This document shows positions 39,411 to 53,135 of a stretch of DNA of 64,000 nucleotides, piece by piece. The position numbers and the translations under genes were made by a program. The stretch is from NCBI GenBank assembly GCA_951406725.2, contig OX597822.1, positions 42,284,001-42,348,000 on the forward strand, written 5' to 3'. Positions within the stretch are counted from its first letter, which is position 1. Each line of letters opens with the position of its first letter. Source of the stretch: Octopus vulgaris. Lineage: Eukaryota. Below the pieces are notes generated by a model. The model was not told where the DNA came from. It searched no databases and saw only the letters and a list, made by a program, of their open reading frames with translations.

Positions 39411-40635
39411 TGTATGTATGCATGTTTGTATGTATGTACATATGCACGAACACACACATACACACACAAAGTGTTTGAATAATTATGTGTCAGTGTGAGT
39501 GTTCATGCAAACATCTGCATGAGCGTATGTATTCCTTCATTAAAATAGATAGTAAGATATTAGGTATCCTGGTATTTCCAAATGCTGGTACCACCATCAC
39601 CATTACCCTCCCCCACCAGTAGCATCAGTACCCCCAACAACCACCCACCACTACCACCAGCTACATTTGTTGAGGGAGTGATATTCCAAGGCTTAATGGT
39701 TGGCATTGTGGTTGAGATGCTTCTGGAAGTGAAATGGTACAACAAGGTGGCAGTTAAGGAGAAGTATAATGAAAGTATTCATTGTTGGGTATTTGAAAGT
39801 TTAACTTACCATTGCTGACTAACTCTTTGACTACCACTACCACTATTGTCAACACCACTGGCATCACCACTGTCTCCACCACCCTTCTACTGTCAACAAC
39901 ATCACCACAATCACCAATGAGAACATCATCAGAAAAGAGATGCTCTTATATAACAAGCCTCTGATATTTTGATCTTAACTAACAGACAAAACTAATGGAG
40001 GAGCTACCACACAGTCATACAGTTTAAGAGAAACAGTAACCACATATTTCTTCAACAACATGTTCATTCTTAAGTCATAAACTCAAATTCCATGGATTTT
40101 GTAGCTTCTGAGTTGAACTGATTGTGTATGTTATGTCAGTGACAAATAGAGATCAGATTATTTATTCCTACAATAGACTGAGAATCTTTTTTCATGAGAA
40201 AAATTTATCCATTTCACATAATTGTGAACCTTTAGCAAAATTCACTCTTTTGCAAACAGACAAAACAAAATCATAAAGTGTTATTACCAACTGCAGATAG
40301 ATATAGACTACCTGTCTATCTATCTATCTGTCTGTCTGTATGTATGTATGTGAGTGTGTGTGTATGTATGTATCTATCTATCTATCTACACACACACAAA
40401 TAAAACACTCTGTAAGATGGTTGGTGTTAGAAAAGGCAACCAGCTGTAAAAACCCTGCCAAAACAGACAGTGAAACCTGATGCAGTCTTCTGCCTAGCCA
40501 ACCCCCTGTAAAAACCGTCCAACCCATGCCAGCATGGAAAATGACATTAAATGATGATGATGATGATGAGAAACACTTCACTTGCAGATTCTCCCTCCTT
40601 TCCCATCCCAACAAGTTTTGGAGGCACCTTCTAAA

Positions 40636-40960
40636 TAGTTCTTAACCAGAGTCCATATGACTCCTGGGAGTCCATATAAGATTTCTGGGAGTCCATGCTA
40701 GCAAAATTGTAAATTAAGGATTCACAGTAGGGTTCATGTAAAGTTTTGACATAAATGTATGTATTGCAAGAAACAGCTTGGTTTCTTTCTCTAACGTTTT
40801 ACATAGTTCAATCTATGCAAGTTAATGTGTGAAAAACAAAATAAGAATTTTTAAAGAAGTATCTATAAAACTAATTTTGAAACATCAAATGGCTATGGGG
40901 TCCACCAAATAAAGTAGTAATCAATGGGGTCCATAGATAAAAAAATGATTCCAAACCACT
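40636..40960. mobile_element. Old hAT-like MITE
   Basis: agttcttaacc..gtccat repeats ..ggggtccatagataaaaaaatgattccaaaccact. Confidence 0.45.
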
Positions 40961-41456
40961 TTTCTTAAAGCTCAATGGTGCTACCTTTCTTTCTCAAATT
41001 AAGTCAAAAAACAGAGAGCTAAATCTAAACTTTCCCTTAACACTCCTTCAGAATTAAGATACATACAAACAAGATTTCTCTTTGAACTCTTTAACAGTTA
41101 GAGTCTTTGTCTCCTACTAACTTTATCTCTTCTTGAACACTACTTTCTCCTTCTTCAGCCAATACTTTCTTCTATTTTTCTTCTCTATTTCCAGCCCTCA
41201 CCCCTTTGTCCCCCTCCTATTCCACATTTTTTACCCCCTGACACCCCTTCCTTTTCTGTCTCTCTCCCCGTCACTCACTCTCAACCTCATCTACAGATGA
41301 AGAGTCCAAAAACATCAGTTTCTTAATTCCTCAAATCAATTAATCTTACCAAACTATCCTACATTGACCTCTGTCAAATTTAAACTAAGAAAGTAACATC
41401 CGACAATGTAGGCTCCACAAGGTTGCTTGATTAAAAGAAATAGCAACTAAATCTTC

Positions 41457-41505
<49 letters not shown>

Positions 41506-41820
41506 GTATGGATACTACCATCTGAGCGTGATCGTTGCCAGAGCGGCTAACTGACGTTCGTGCCGGTGGCACGTAAAAGCACCCACTACACTCTCGGAGT
41601 GGTTGGCATTAGGAAGGGCATCCAGCTGTAGAAACTCTGCCAGATCAAGATTGGAACCTGGTGCAGCCATCTGGTTCGCCAGTCCTCAGTCAAATCGTCC
41701 AACTCATGCTAGCATGGAAAGCAGACCTTAAACGATAATGATGATGATGTGTGTTTGTATGTGTGTGTGTGTGTATGTATTCAAAGTATATAATTTTGTA
41801 AATATTATAAAATTGTAAGA

Positions 41821-42053
41821 GCAACTACCAAGTAATGCCACATGCTAGAAAAAGATACCAAATGGATCTAAACTACTTTATCTATCACATAGACTCACGC
41901 TGAAAGTGAGGAAATGAACAAAAACTGGCTAAACTTTTTCAAAAAATCTTTTTTGTTCCTTCCCTCTCTTTCAGTGTGTGTCTATGTGATAGATAAAGTA
42001 ATTTAGATCTATTTGGTGTCTTTTTCTAGCATGTGGCATTACTTGGTAGTTGC
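41821..42053. repeat. Foldback/MITE with ~86-bp near-perfect inverted arms
   Basis: gcaactaccaagtaatgccacatgctagaaaaaga...ctgaaag vs ctttcag...tctttttctagcatgtggcattacttggtagttgc. Confidence 0.9.
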
Positions 42054-42170
42054 CTTTATCATAATTTTCTAATTATAGTTATAAAATCATACACTTTGTA
42101 TCAATTTTTACCTTAAATTGGTTTCTCATGCTAGCTACTTGATAAATTCCTCTATAGATTTTATCCATGA

Positions 42171-42243
<73 letters not shown>

Positions 42244-42408
42244 TACAGAGGTGGCTGTGTGGTAAGAAGCTTGCTTCCCAACCACATGGTTCCAGTTCAG
42301 TCCCACTGTGAGGCACCTTGGGTAAGTGTCTTCTACTATAGCCTTGTGCTGACCAAAGCCTTGTGAGTGAATTTGGTAGATGGAAACTTAAAGAAGCCCA
42401 TCAATGTA

Positions 42409-42449
<41 letters not shown>

Positions 42450-43115
42450 CTGTGTGCCTTTGTGTCTGTGTTTGTCCCCACTCCCACCACTCAGTTGGTG
42501 AGTTTATGACCCCTGTAAATTAGTAGTTCAGCAAAAAGAGAGCAACAGAATAAGTACCAGGCTTAAAAATAAGTCCTGGAGTTGATTTGTTTGACTTAGA
42601 ACCCTTCAAGGCAGTGATGCCCCAGCATGGCCACAGTCAAATGACTGAATGAAGTAAAAGATAAAAGTTGTATGCATACAGACAATATATCTTTAGACAT
42701 GTACACACACATGGACACAAGCACATCTGCAAATACATACACACAATGGAAATGGTGGTGGTGGTGGTGGTAGTAGTATGATAGTAGTGGCAGTGATAAT
42801 GTGGTGGAGTGGTGAAGGAGGTTAATGGGCTGTGGTTATTAAGTTAGATGGGTTATGATGGTAGAAGTGGTGATGGTGATGGTGGTGGTGGTGGTGGTAG
42901 TGTTGCAGAATATATTTCCAGATACAGGGACAGTACACATATTACACATACACACACACAGACACACAGTTGCCCTTATAATCACAAATGTCTTCCAGAC
43001 CAGACATCAACAGTGACTGCAAAAATATATTGGTCCTTCATAGGAATGTCACAGTTGTTGGTGGTGGTCACAGTGGTGATGATGGCAGAGGTGTTGGTAC
43101 TGGTACTACTACTAC

Positions 43116-43146
<31 letters not shown>

Positions 43147-44604
43147 GATGGTAGCAGCAGTGATAATGAGATAGTGGTGAAGTAGTTAGTGGGAGTATAA
43201 CTGGCAGAGGGTAGAAGTGGGGGTAATGATGGTTGTGGTGATGTAGGGCAGTTCCGCTCCGGTGTTCACATCATTATTTAAAGGTCAAATAGACCAGACA
43301 CACAGAGGAAGATCCTGTATTCGTTATCTCCTACAGAAGTACAAACCACATGATTTATGCAGATTTTAGAAGACTGGCAGGCAGTGTACATGTGGTCACA
43401 TCTATGGCAATACAACAGTTGAGTAATGACAGCAGATCAGTAAAACACACCTTATTACATCTATATATGATAGGAACTCTCCAAAGGTCCCTGTCAGCTG
43501 TCCATCAACCTAGTAGAAAATATTTAATGCTGTATCATTGCCCTCCTGGTATTAACCCTTTAGTTTTCAAAGTACATTATCAAATATTGTTTCTTCATTT
43601 ACATTGTTTTGAATTAATCATGTATTATCTTGTAGCTTCAAGATTTCAAAGGATGTGATTGTTTATTTTTAGAATGACATTGTAGGATAGGTGTGAGAGA
43701 CCAGATATGGTTGATTTGAACTTAAAATGGATAGAATATTTGGGCAGGATATGGCTGGTTTAAATGGAGCCTAGTGCAGCCTCCTGGCTTCCCAGAGCCC
43801 AGTCCAACTGTCCAACTCATGATAGCATGGAAAACAGACGTTAAATGATGATATATGTATATATGTGTGTGTGTCTATATATATTTATCAAAAAGGATAA
43901 TAAAACAGATCTTAAACTATTACAACATCATAAAATACATAATTTTTACATGTGTTTCACTACTATATTGCGTGGTAGTCATTACATAAACAACTGCATA
44001 ATCATTTGGAAATAACTGATCTTCAGAAGAAAATACTAATTCAATCTATTGCTATTTACCAATCTCAGTTGGTAAGCTGAGCTTTAAATTTAGTAGCATT
44101 CTTTTATTATCAGTAATAGAAAGAAAAAAGGATAGGTTGTAACTGAAGTGGAGTGTCTGAGGAAAATAGGAAATTCAACACCTAAACTATTATAGAACAA
44201 TGACAATTTTAAGCTACCAATAAAACATAGTTAAGAGGTTAGTAATAGATAAAAAGGTTGGACAGTAGGCACTTGCTCAAAGATACACATGCACACTTGC
44301 ATTCACCAATATACACTTTCTTTTTCTTTTACCTCTTACTTGTTTTGGTCATTTGGCTGCAGCCATGCTGGAGCACCACCTCGAAGGGTTTTAGTTAAAA
44401 AAATCGACCCCTATTTATTCTGTTGGTCTCTTTTGCTGAACCACTAAGTTATGGGGGATGTAAGCACACACCAACACCAGTTGTCAAGTGGTGGTGAAGG
44501 ACAAACACAAAGACACACATACATACATACATACATACATACATACACATACATACATACATACATACATATGTTCTTACACACACACACAGTCAATTCA
44601 AATA

Positions 44605-44760
44605 AATGAATAAAATTAATGGACAGCAAGAAGACATGCACAAGGAATGTATTAGCTTAATACTCGGTGAAAAGAGAGAGTTTGACATTTCGAGCATAGC
44701 TCTTTATCGGAAAGGAGAAAAAGAAAAGTCCAAAGAAGGAAAAGAAATCGCCAATGATGG
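44605..44760 (-). mobile_element. Penelope-like terminal fragment with decayed hammerhead (44680-44713)
   Basis: Minus strand ttt-CCGATAA-a-gagc-tat-gctc-GAAA-tgtc-aaa; same family as 47690-47870. Confidence 0.5.
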
Positions 44761-45686
44761 ACTTCTTTCCATTTCTATTTTTCCCCCCCTTTAAAGTATT
44801 GCCACTATAGGTATTTATACTCCAATGAAATTAAGAAATCAACTCATAAATAAACGAAACCCTTGAATCTATCACTGTACACACACACACCTATGTATGT
44901 ATTTATGTATGTACCCACACATGTTTATGTGCATTGGTACACCATGATCTATACACACGTAGACGAGGGCTGATTCATATGAAAAAGACAGTGGACAAAA
45001 TGAAATACTTATAGGAAATATTGCAAAGAATTTGAGAAGTCTTTCACCATTATAGGTATTTATATTCTGGTGAAATTAAGAAATCAACTCATAATAAACA
45101 AAATCCTCGAATCCATCACTGTACACATGTGCACACACACACACAAACACACAAAGTCACATATCTATGTATGTATGTATTTACGTATGCTTGATGATAA
45201 TCAAACCAAATTTTCATCATTTCAAGCCACTCAACCAATGAGTATTTCTGCCAAATTTGGTGAAAATCCGTTCAACCGTTTTCCAGTAGTTTTGCAAACA
45301 AACAAAGACAAATGGTTACAATACCCTGCTTTCGCTTACATGCACAGGGTAATAAATTTAAGGGTTTTATCATTAATTTATTTATTTAGAATTACATATA
45401 TGTTTTCTGATATCCAACCCTGCCCTTTGTCTTTAAAACAACTGAAACACAAACATGTCATGTCTTCTCTTTTTGTCTCTTCTATTGTTACTACAGCAGC
45501 AGTTGCTCCTCAGCACCACACCTACAGTATAACAACACCTGTTGATGTACTTTCTAACTTCTCTCCACTGAAACTTCCTTAGTAAATATTCTATTCCACC
45601 TACAAAACTGCACCCTCTAGAACATGTCTATCACCTATCAACACCAAATATCAATCACACTAACTGCACCTACATACATTTATATA

Positions 45687-45922
45687 CAGGGTGGCCCAAA
45701 AGTAGGTTTACAGTTATCATGTAGGCACTTTGAATTTCTTTTTAAAACATTTTATTACATTTAAATTTTTATCTTACAAACTGAAAAGGGAGCTTGACAA
45801 AATTAACTAAATTGGCATAGAATAATGGGTTCAAATTTTTTTATAATCAAGATCTAAACTGTTGATATATGAGCGCAAACGAGATAGTTGAATAACTGTA
45901 AACCTACTTTTGGGCCACACTA
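45687..45922. mobile_element. Tc1/mariner-type MITE
   Basis: TA|cagggtggcccaaaagtaggtttacagttat ... ataactgtaaacctacttttgggccacacta|TA. Confidence 0.88.
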
Positions 45923-46461
45923 TATATATATATATATATATATGATAATAATCATTAAGCTATCTAGCATTTAATGCTCTACTATTAAGAGTTCAGATAC
46001 TGTCAGTGGAATGTGGCTTTCACCCGTCCAGGGTCACTAAGGTATTTTACTGTTAACATATTCTGTTTTCTCATTCGTTTACATCCTATCACCATAACCA
46101 CCACCATCACAATCACAACTACCACAATCACCACCACTATTACTACTACCACCACCAAAACAATTACAATCACATACAACCATCACAAAATTGGCTCTAG
46201 GTCTATCAAAAGAAATAATTAAAAATTTACACACATATAGAGCTAGATATACACAGTTACAAACAAACACATATACATATGTATTCACACGCATCTAAAT
46301 ATATGCATGTCTAAAAGCTAATATCAATATGTATGGTTAATCAATAGCTTAACCTCTAAACACCGACTGAAATATCAACATTTATTAACTGTTCAGATGT
46401 TGATGGCTGGCAACAAAACATTGATTGAATCAAAGCCAAATAAAGACTTCAGAATACTTAC

Positions 46462-46674
46462 ATTAGGAATATCTGGTGGAGGCTTCTCAGGCCTGGGGGG
46501 TTTCCAAGTGGTCTTCTTTGATTCCTTGTTGTAGTAGAAAGATTGTCCATTTGATTTATCTTCATATATATCCCAGCTTTCACTGTATTTCTTTATAAAC
46601 ACACTGTTGTCCATCTTGGGAGGGTTTTTCATGAATGCCTGTATTAGCTGTACATTTTCATACAGTACCTCCGA
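46462..46674 (-). CDS. ARHGAP12: ARHGAP12/27-family RhoGAP exon: YEN motif plus first WW domain
   Basis: Acceptor gcattctttcag|, 213 nt phase 0, SEVLYENVQ...WDIYEDKSNGQSFYYNKESKKTTWKPPRPEKPPPDIPN, donor |gtaagt; TTWKPPR and YxN are characteristic of this family. Exact paralog not assignable. Confidence 0.88.
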
Positions 46675-47555
46675 CTGAAAGAATGCAATACAGGATGTTA
46701 GCTCATTTGTATAATTCATATTTCTTTTAGAATTAATAAAATTAATTCAGTGAAAGAATGAAAACAGCAAATGCAAAATTATGATTATGAAGATTTTGAT
46801 ATGTTGGGTAGCATCTAGTCAACTGAATCAAACTGCAATAATTTTCAGGTATTCAAACAATCAAACCTCATAAAATAAAGAGACAACATTTCTTTCTATT
46901 CAAAGTTCTCTCAAAGTTATTGTTAGTCATGCTCTCAATAAAAATCCTGAGATAAAATAAAAGCTGAGGAAAGCATCATCGAGTTATTAATCTTGTGAAC
47001 AATAGTGGGGTTTGGGGAGGGTGCTACAATCTGTGTGCTGCCTTGTGCATTAACTTGGTGATTCTTTCAACGATATCTTTAGCAACTGCAAGGAAAGCTA
47101 CACTTCTCTGATGAGAGCCCTTAATAAAACTTAATGAATTTGTTGAAATTTTTAAAACAATATTAAATGCATTAACTAATACTCATTTTCCTCACCACAT
47201 ATTTATTTGTAGCTATTTTTTCTTCGTTTTTTTTTTTTTGTAAATTTCTAGCATTATGCCAACATCCACTTAAATGTCTATCTATTTGCCACACCACCCA
47301 GTTATTTCAGATTAGATTGATTTAATGTTAACTATATTAAAAATGTTAACACACCAACTTCGCTATAATTCTATGCCTTATACACACACACACACACACA
47401 CATACACACACACACACATACACACACACACATCTTCCAATCTAGTGCTTTCACCAAATACTGAAAAGACAAAACCTCTCCAAGGTGTGGGGTGTAGCAT
47501 TGAAATAGAAGTGGAAGTATGATGAAGGGGCAGGAACAAGTGTCTTCCTGAAGAG

Positions 47556-47604
<49 letters not shown>

Positions 47605-47613
47605 CACACACAC

Positions 47614-47644
<31 letters not shown>

Positions 47645-47689
47645 TACATACATATATAAACGTATGTAGTTATATATAGTAAATCAAAA

Positions 47690-47870
47690 AAGACGAAGAA
47701 CAAACACAAAACTCGACAACATGAGGACAGGGTACATGTAATGTATTAGCAGACGTGCAGAGAAGGAAAGAAAGCTAGTTTTATGTTTCGGGCAAAGCTC
47801 TTCTTCAGAAACAGGAGACAGAGGAAAGTCCAATAGAAAAGGAAGATGGAGGAAAAAAAAATCACCAGTA
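47690..47870 (-). mobile_element. Penelope-like terminal fragment with minimal hammerhead motif (47778-47812)
   Basis: Minus strand gttt-CTGAAGA-a-gagc-ttt-gccc-GAAA-cata-aaac. Confidence 0.55.
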
Positions 47871-47883
47871 ATATATATATATA

Positions 47884-48672
47884 TTGGGTTGTCCGGAAAG
47901 TTTGTGCCGATTTAAAGTAGCTTACCTTTCAACTTATTTTAGAACATGGTTGAGTCCACAAAATAGGATTTGACTACACCTCTATATAGAGCACAGTTTA
48001 AGCTATCTTTTCGTGGAAGAAGGTTTATGTTCCTATAACCTGTGTTAATTCTGTAACCCTTTAAAATGGAACATGAGAAAGTTCATTTTCGGCACTTGAT
48101 ACTTTTTTTTTTTTCCATAAAGGAAAAAATGCCTCGCAAGCAGCCAAAGAAATATGCACAGTTTACAGTGATGTTTCTTTATCTGAAAGAACTGTACAGA
48201 AGTGGTTCGCAAGGTTCCAAGCTGGAGATTGTAGCCTTGTTGATAGAGCGACCAGGCAGACCATCCACTACAAATGATGACCAAATCAAGTCATTAATTG
48301 AGAATAACCCACATTGCACAACCCAAAAATTGGCAGAAAGCCTCAACCTATCAAAATCCATCATTCATGAGCACCTGGTAAAGCTTGGGTACACAAATTA
48401 CTATGATGTTTGGGTACCACATGAGTTGAGTGAGAAGAACCTTTTGGATCATATTTCCATCTGTGATTCGCTTTATAAACGGAATGAAAACGTGCCTTTT
48501 TAAGAGCAAATTGTGACAGGTGATGGGAAATGGATTATCTACCGAAATGTTCAGAGAAAGCGATCCTGGAGTAAGAGACATGAGCCACCCTTAGCCACCC
48601 CAAAAGCGGGTCTTCACCCTAAAAAAGTCTTGCTTTGTGTCTGGTGGGATTGGAAAGGAATTCTGTATTCCC
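47884..48672 (+). mobile_element. 3'-truncated mariner, same family as 22302-22858
   Basis: TA|ttgggttgtccggaaagtt TIR; MEHEKVHFRHL, RPGRP, VWVPHEL, VTGDGKWI, HPKKVLLCVWWDWKGIL with frameshifts and a stop. Confidence 0.9.
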
Positions 48673-48673
48673 A

Positions 48674-48717
<44 letters not shown>

Positions 48718-49058
48718 CATTGTTTTTGACATCTAGCAACTTTTATTGTAGCAGTAAAAAATCTCAAATACTTCTGGTAGATAGAGTTATACAACAACAA
48801 CAACACACAATTGCTATATTATATAATATATATATGGACTACTGTCACACCAATGTACCCACAGCCACATTATCTATGCAGGCATGGTTGTGTGGTAAGA
48901 AATTTGCTTCCCAACCACGTGATCTTGGGTTCAGTCCTCGGTGTGACACTTTGTGTCTTCTACTTGAACCCAAGAGCTGACCAAAGCCTTGTGAGTGAAT
49001 TTGGTAGGCAGAAACTGAAAGATGCCTGTCACATGTATGTATGCATGTGTGTGCGTGT

Positions 49059-49124
<66 letters not shown>

Positions 49125-50702
49125 ATGCGTGTGAGTGAATTTGGTAGGCAGAAACTGAAAGAAGCCTGTCATATGTATGTATGTTTGTGCGTGTGTGTGT
49201 GTGTGTGTGTGTTAGCATCTCGACTTGATTCCATTTGGTAGTTGCAAATGTATGTGACTGTATGAAAGTAATAACCTTCATTTCTATTCTTCCATGGAAA
49301 CATGTCTGACCATGTGAAAAATTACCTGTTTTGGAAACAGATAAAAATTGGGAAATGGAAGGACATCTGGCAGTAGAAAATCTAACTCGTGAAAAAATGG
49401 ATGTTAAATGAAGCTGGCAATGATAACCCTAATACCTTCCATGTCACTCATCCAGTATTTTGATCATTACTTGTAGTCAACTATTTCTCTAGTAACTCTT
49501 TAAAGTTTAAATTAGCTGCCAAGAATGTATTACAAAGAAGTGGCTCAAAGCTGGCTTATTTTCCAGAGAGGAAAATAAGAAGATATAGGTGCCATTTTAG
49601 TTTATATTTTTAGACAAATCTATGTTCTCTTTTGGCCAAACAAATATTTTTTGCCATTAGAGGTAGATCATCATCACCATCATCATCATCATCAACATCT
49701 AACATCTGTTGTCTATACTGGCATGGGTCGGATGTTATGACAGGAGCTGGCCTGCTGGAGAGCTGCGCCAGGTTCCAATTATCTGTTTGGCATGGTTTCT
49801 ACAACTGGACGCCCTTCCTAACATCAGCTACTTTACAGAGTGTACTGGGTGGATTTTATGTGGCACCAGCACTCATTATCATATTTCTAAAGCTGTTATT
49901 TCAAGCAAATTTAACAAAACTCTTTCTCACTGTAATGAACCACAACTTGATAAAGGAAAGCAGTAAGATTTCAGTTCATTCTCCAAAAACACTGCACTTC
50001 ATTCTTAAGAATTTGAATAAATTCACAAATATTTAGACAAATAATCAAGTTTTAAGACTGAAATGTTGAACACCTCATTATTGATAAACACTAAAGCATG
50101 ATTATATTAATTGATAGTCTAAATAAGGCGGCAAGCTGGCAGAATCGTTAGCCTACTCATTAAAATCTTAGCAATATTTCTTCTGTCTTAACATTCTATG
50201 TTCAAATTCTTGCCAAGGTTGACTTTTCCTTTCATCCTTTCAGGTTTGATAAAATAAGTACCAGGTGAGTACTGGGATTGATGTAATTAAATAGCCCTCT
50301 CCTCCAAAATTGCTGGCCTTGTGTCAAAATTTGAAACAAATATTGATGTTCTAAGTTTACTGATACACAAGTCTTTCCTTTTCTGTGTATCTCACACTCC
50401 CTCTGTCACACACACACTCCTCTCTTTCATACACACACATTCTCTTTCTCTCTCTCTCTTGCTCTTTCCCTTTCTCTCTCCTTCTCTCTCTTTGTATCCA
50501 TATGAGAATGATTACTTCTAAAAGATGCTATTCCTTTATTCACCTTCGGTAAAAGTAGCCTTGACCAGGAGCTGATGTTATCAAACTGTATCCAACAACC
50601 ACTGAATGTTTTAACCCTTAAACCATAATGCCTGCCCATCAGAGTGGTCAGCAGTGGGAGCCAATTCCACTGCCCATCATCTCCTCCTAGCTTCCTGCTT
50701 AG

Positions 50703-50750
<48 letters not shown>

Positions 50751-51272
50751 ACCAGCAACAGATTCTTTCTGCTGCCTCACTCATTCTGCAAGCAGTTATC
50801 TTTCTCTCTCTTCCTCTTATTCCAATGGCTATAAGCATTCTCCATACTGAATGGATAAAAATCTTCTAACACCAATCTTTACTATAAATTTCTAAGTAGT
50901 TCCTAATTGAGCAAACCTAAGATCAAAAACATTCTATCCTTCTAGCTTTTGCTTGTTTCAATCATTAGACTGCAGCCATGCTGGGTATTGCTTTGAAGAA
51001 TTTTAAATGAGCAAACTGACCCCCAGTACTTATTTTTCCCAAAGCCTGGTACTTATTCTATCAGTCTCTTTTGCCAAACTGCTAAGTTACAGGGTCATAA
51101 ATACACCAACTGGTTGTCAAGCAGTGATAGGGGAAAAAGCACAAGGTGCCACACAGTGGGATTGAACTCAGGACCATGTGGTTCGGAAGCAAACTTCTTA
51201 CCACACAGCCACACCTGTGCCTATGCATCGTATACCTTTTCTAGTTTTTTAAAATGGTAGGTTGTGGTTTAA

Positions 51273-51491
51273 CCCTTTAGTGTTCAGATTATTCTATCAA
51301 ACATAATGCCTATTGATTCCCATTGATTTGAATTAATCATGCATTATCTCATATCTTCAAGATCTTGATGGTGTAATTACTTAATGTAGAATAACATTGT
51401 AGGGTAGGTGTGAGAGCCTGGATCTGGTCAGTTTGATCATAAAACAGATTAACTATTTTGGCCAGATTTGGCCGGTTTAAATACTAAAGGG
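51273..51491. mobile_element. piggyBac-type MITE (family 2)
   Basis: TTAA|ccctttagt ... actaaaggg|TTAA. Confidence 0.85.
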
Positions 51492-51978
51492 TTAAGAGAG
51501 ATTTGGCAGCTGTTTCTAGCTAGCTGACCTACCACAAAGAGGCTACCTCATTAGTTCAGAAGGCTTTAAGATAATGTGTGTGTGGAAGTAATTTTGTGTT
51601 GAGTACACAACAGTAATGTTTACACAAGTTGCTAAATCTTCAGCAAGCTTGTGAAAACAGTAAGAAGAACTAGATTATATGCTTTGAGAAATAATTTGGT
51701 TTGGTTGACAGATCGGATTAGCTCCGGATTGATCAGTTATTTCAGTAGTCTTGCTGACCTTCCATACATTTTAATCACAATTCTTCTTTTGATCTCAATC
51801 TTTTTCACCACAGTTTTACATCTTTTCTTTCTTAGATGACATTCTGGACTTCTGTAACCATTTGTAGTCTTAGAAACTGAAAACAATGAAGTATTGTGGA
51901 GAAAGATATGTGAGAGGATATATATATATATATATAGTGTAGGTGAGTGACTGTGTAGCCTATGTGTGTTAATACGTG

Positions 51979-52032
<54 letters not shown>

Positions 52033-52589
52033 TAGTGTAGTATGTGTGTATGCATGTGTGGAGTATGTATGAGTGGTGTGTGTGTGCGAGAGAAAGTAGT
52101 GTGTATATGTGTGCAATATATGTGTAAGCAGAGTGTGAGTGCAAGAGTGTGTATTATAGTGCATGTGTGTGTATTGTGTGTATGTGTGTGAGTGTCTGTA
52201 TGTATGTGTGTGTGGACATATTACACCTTCCCTCCCTATAAACTACAACAACCTCACGAGTCTGGAAGGACATGAAAAGGTTATAAGTTCCGACACTCTT
52301 CCTTTCAGTAATAAACTAAAATATTTATGCAAAAATGTGGCATTTGAAGTAGTTCAGAACAGGTGATTAAAATTGTAAAAAGGAGCCTCCCAAATTTAGG
52401 CTAACAGTTAAAATATTGAGACTATTCAAGAAGTAGCTAATCTCAAACTTACACAGTATAAAATTCAGACAGTAAAGGTTTCTCCTACTTCAAAAAAACT
52501 TAGTTACAAGTGTTTTGTAATGGGAATGACATCTTATTTTGAATATTTCAATTCTCATAACTGAACTTCTTGACAACTTTCTAACAAAA

Positions 52590-53135
52590 TTGGTCAACTT
52601 CAAAGTAGTGCACCAGCTGCAGTGTTTGATCCTCAGAAGGGGAGAGGTTAATAAAAAAGCCAAACTCACCATCTTCAGTTCAGTTTACATGCTTATCTTT
52701 AGCTATGACGCTCTGTGACTGAAAAAGTATGATTGTGAAAACAAGCAGCTGAAATGTAGTTTTTCTAAAGGATCTCAAGAGCAACATTATTTATCAAGTT
52801 ACATAACTTAGAGATCAGGAAGTCTGTCCAGGTCAAGCTGCTTCTTCTCTGTATTGAGAGGTCACAGCTCAGGTACTACAATCATGAGATTAGAATGTCA
52901 CAGGAAAGAATCACAAGATGGCTTCTTCAAGCTGAGCCAACTGGCAAAAAACTTAGAAGTAGACCAAGAGCAGGACGGTTGGGTAATACCCAAAGTTTCA
53001 GTTAGTCATGCTTGGAAGTCCAATAGGAAAGTCTAATGATGCTTACTTCTGATGGGACCTAAGGAGGAGATGCCAGAAGACTCCACTCTCACAACCCTCC
53101 CAGGAATTGTGGGTGGAGAAGATGGATGGATGGAA
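52590..53135 (+). mobile_element. Old RTE-like LINE 3' end with (GATG)n tail; partial copy at 54270-54510
   Basis: Degraded KAKLTIFSSVYMLI..; agaccaagagcaggacggttgg and ggagaagatggatggatgga shared between the copies. Confidence 0.55.

Noticed and set aside
42750-43240. Gly/Val/Ser-rich ORFs (similar at 39560-39920 and 46080-46190)
   Set aside because: Degenerate (GGT/AGT)n trinucleotide repeats
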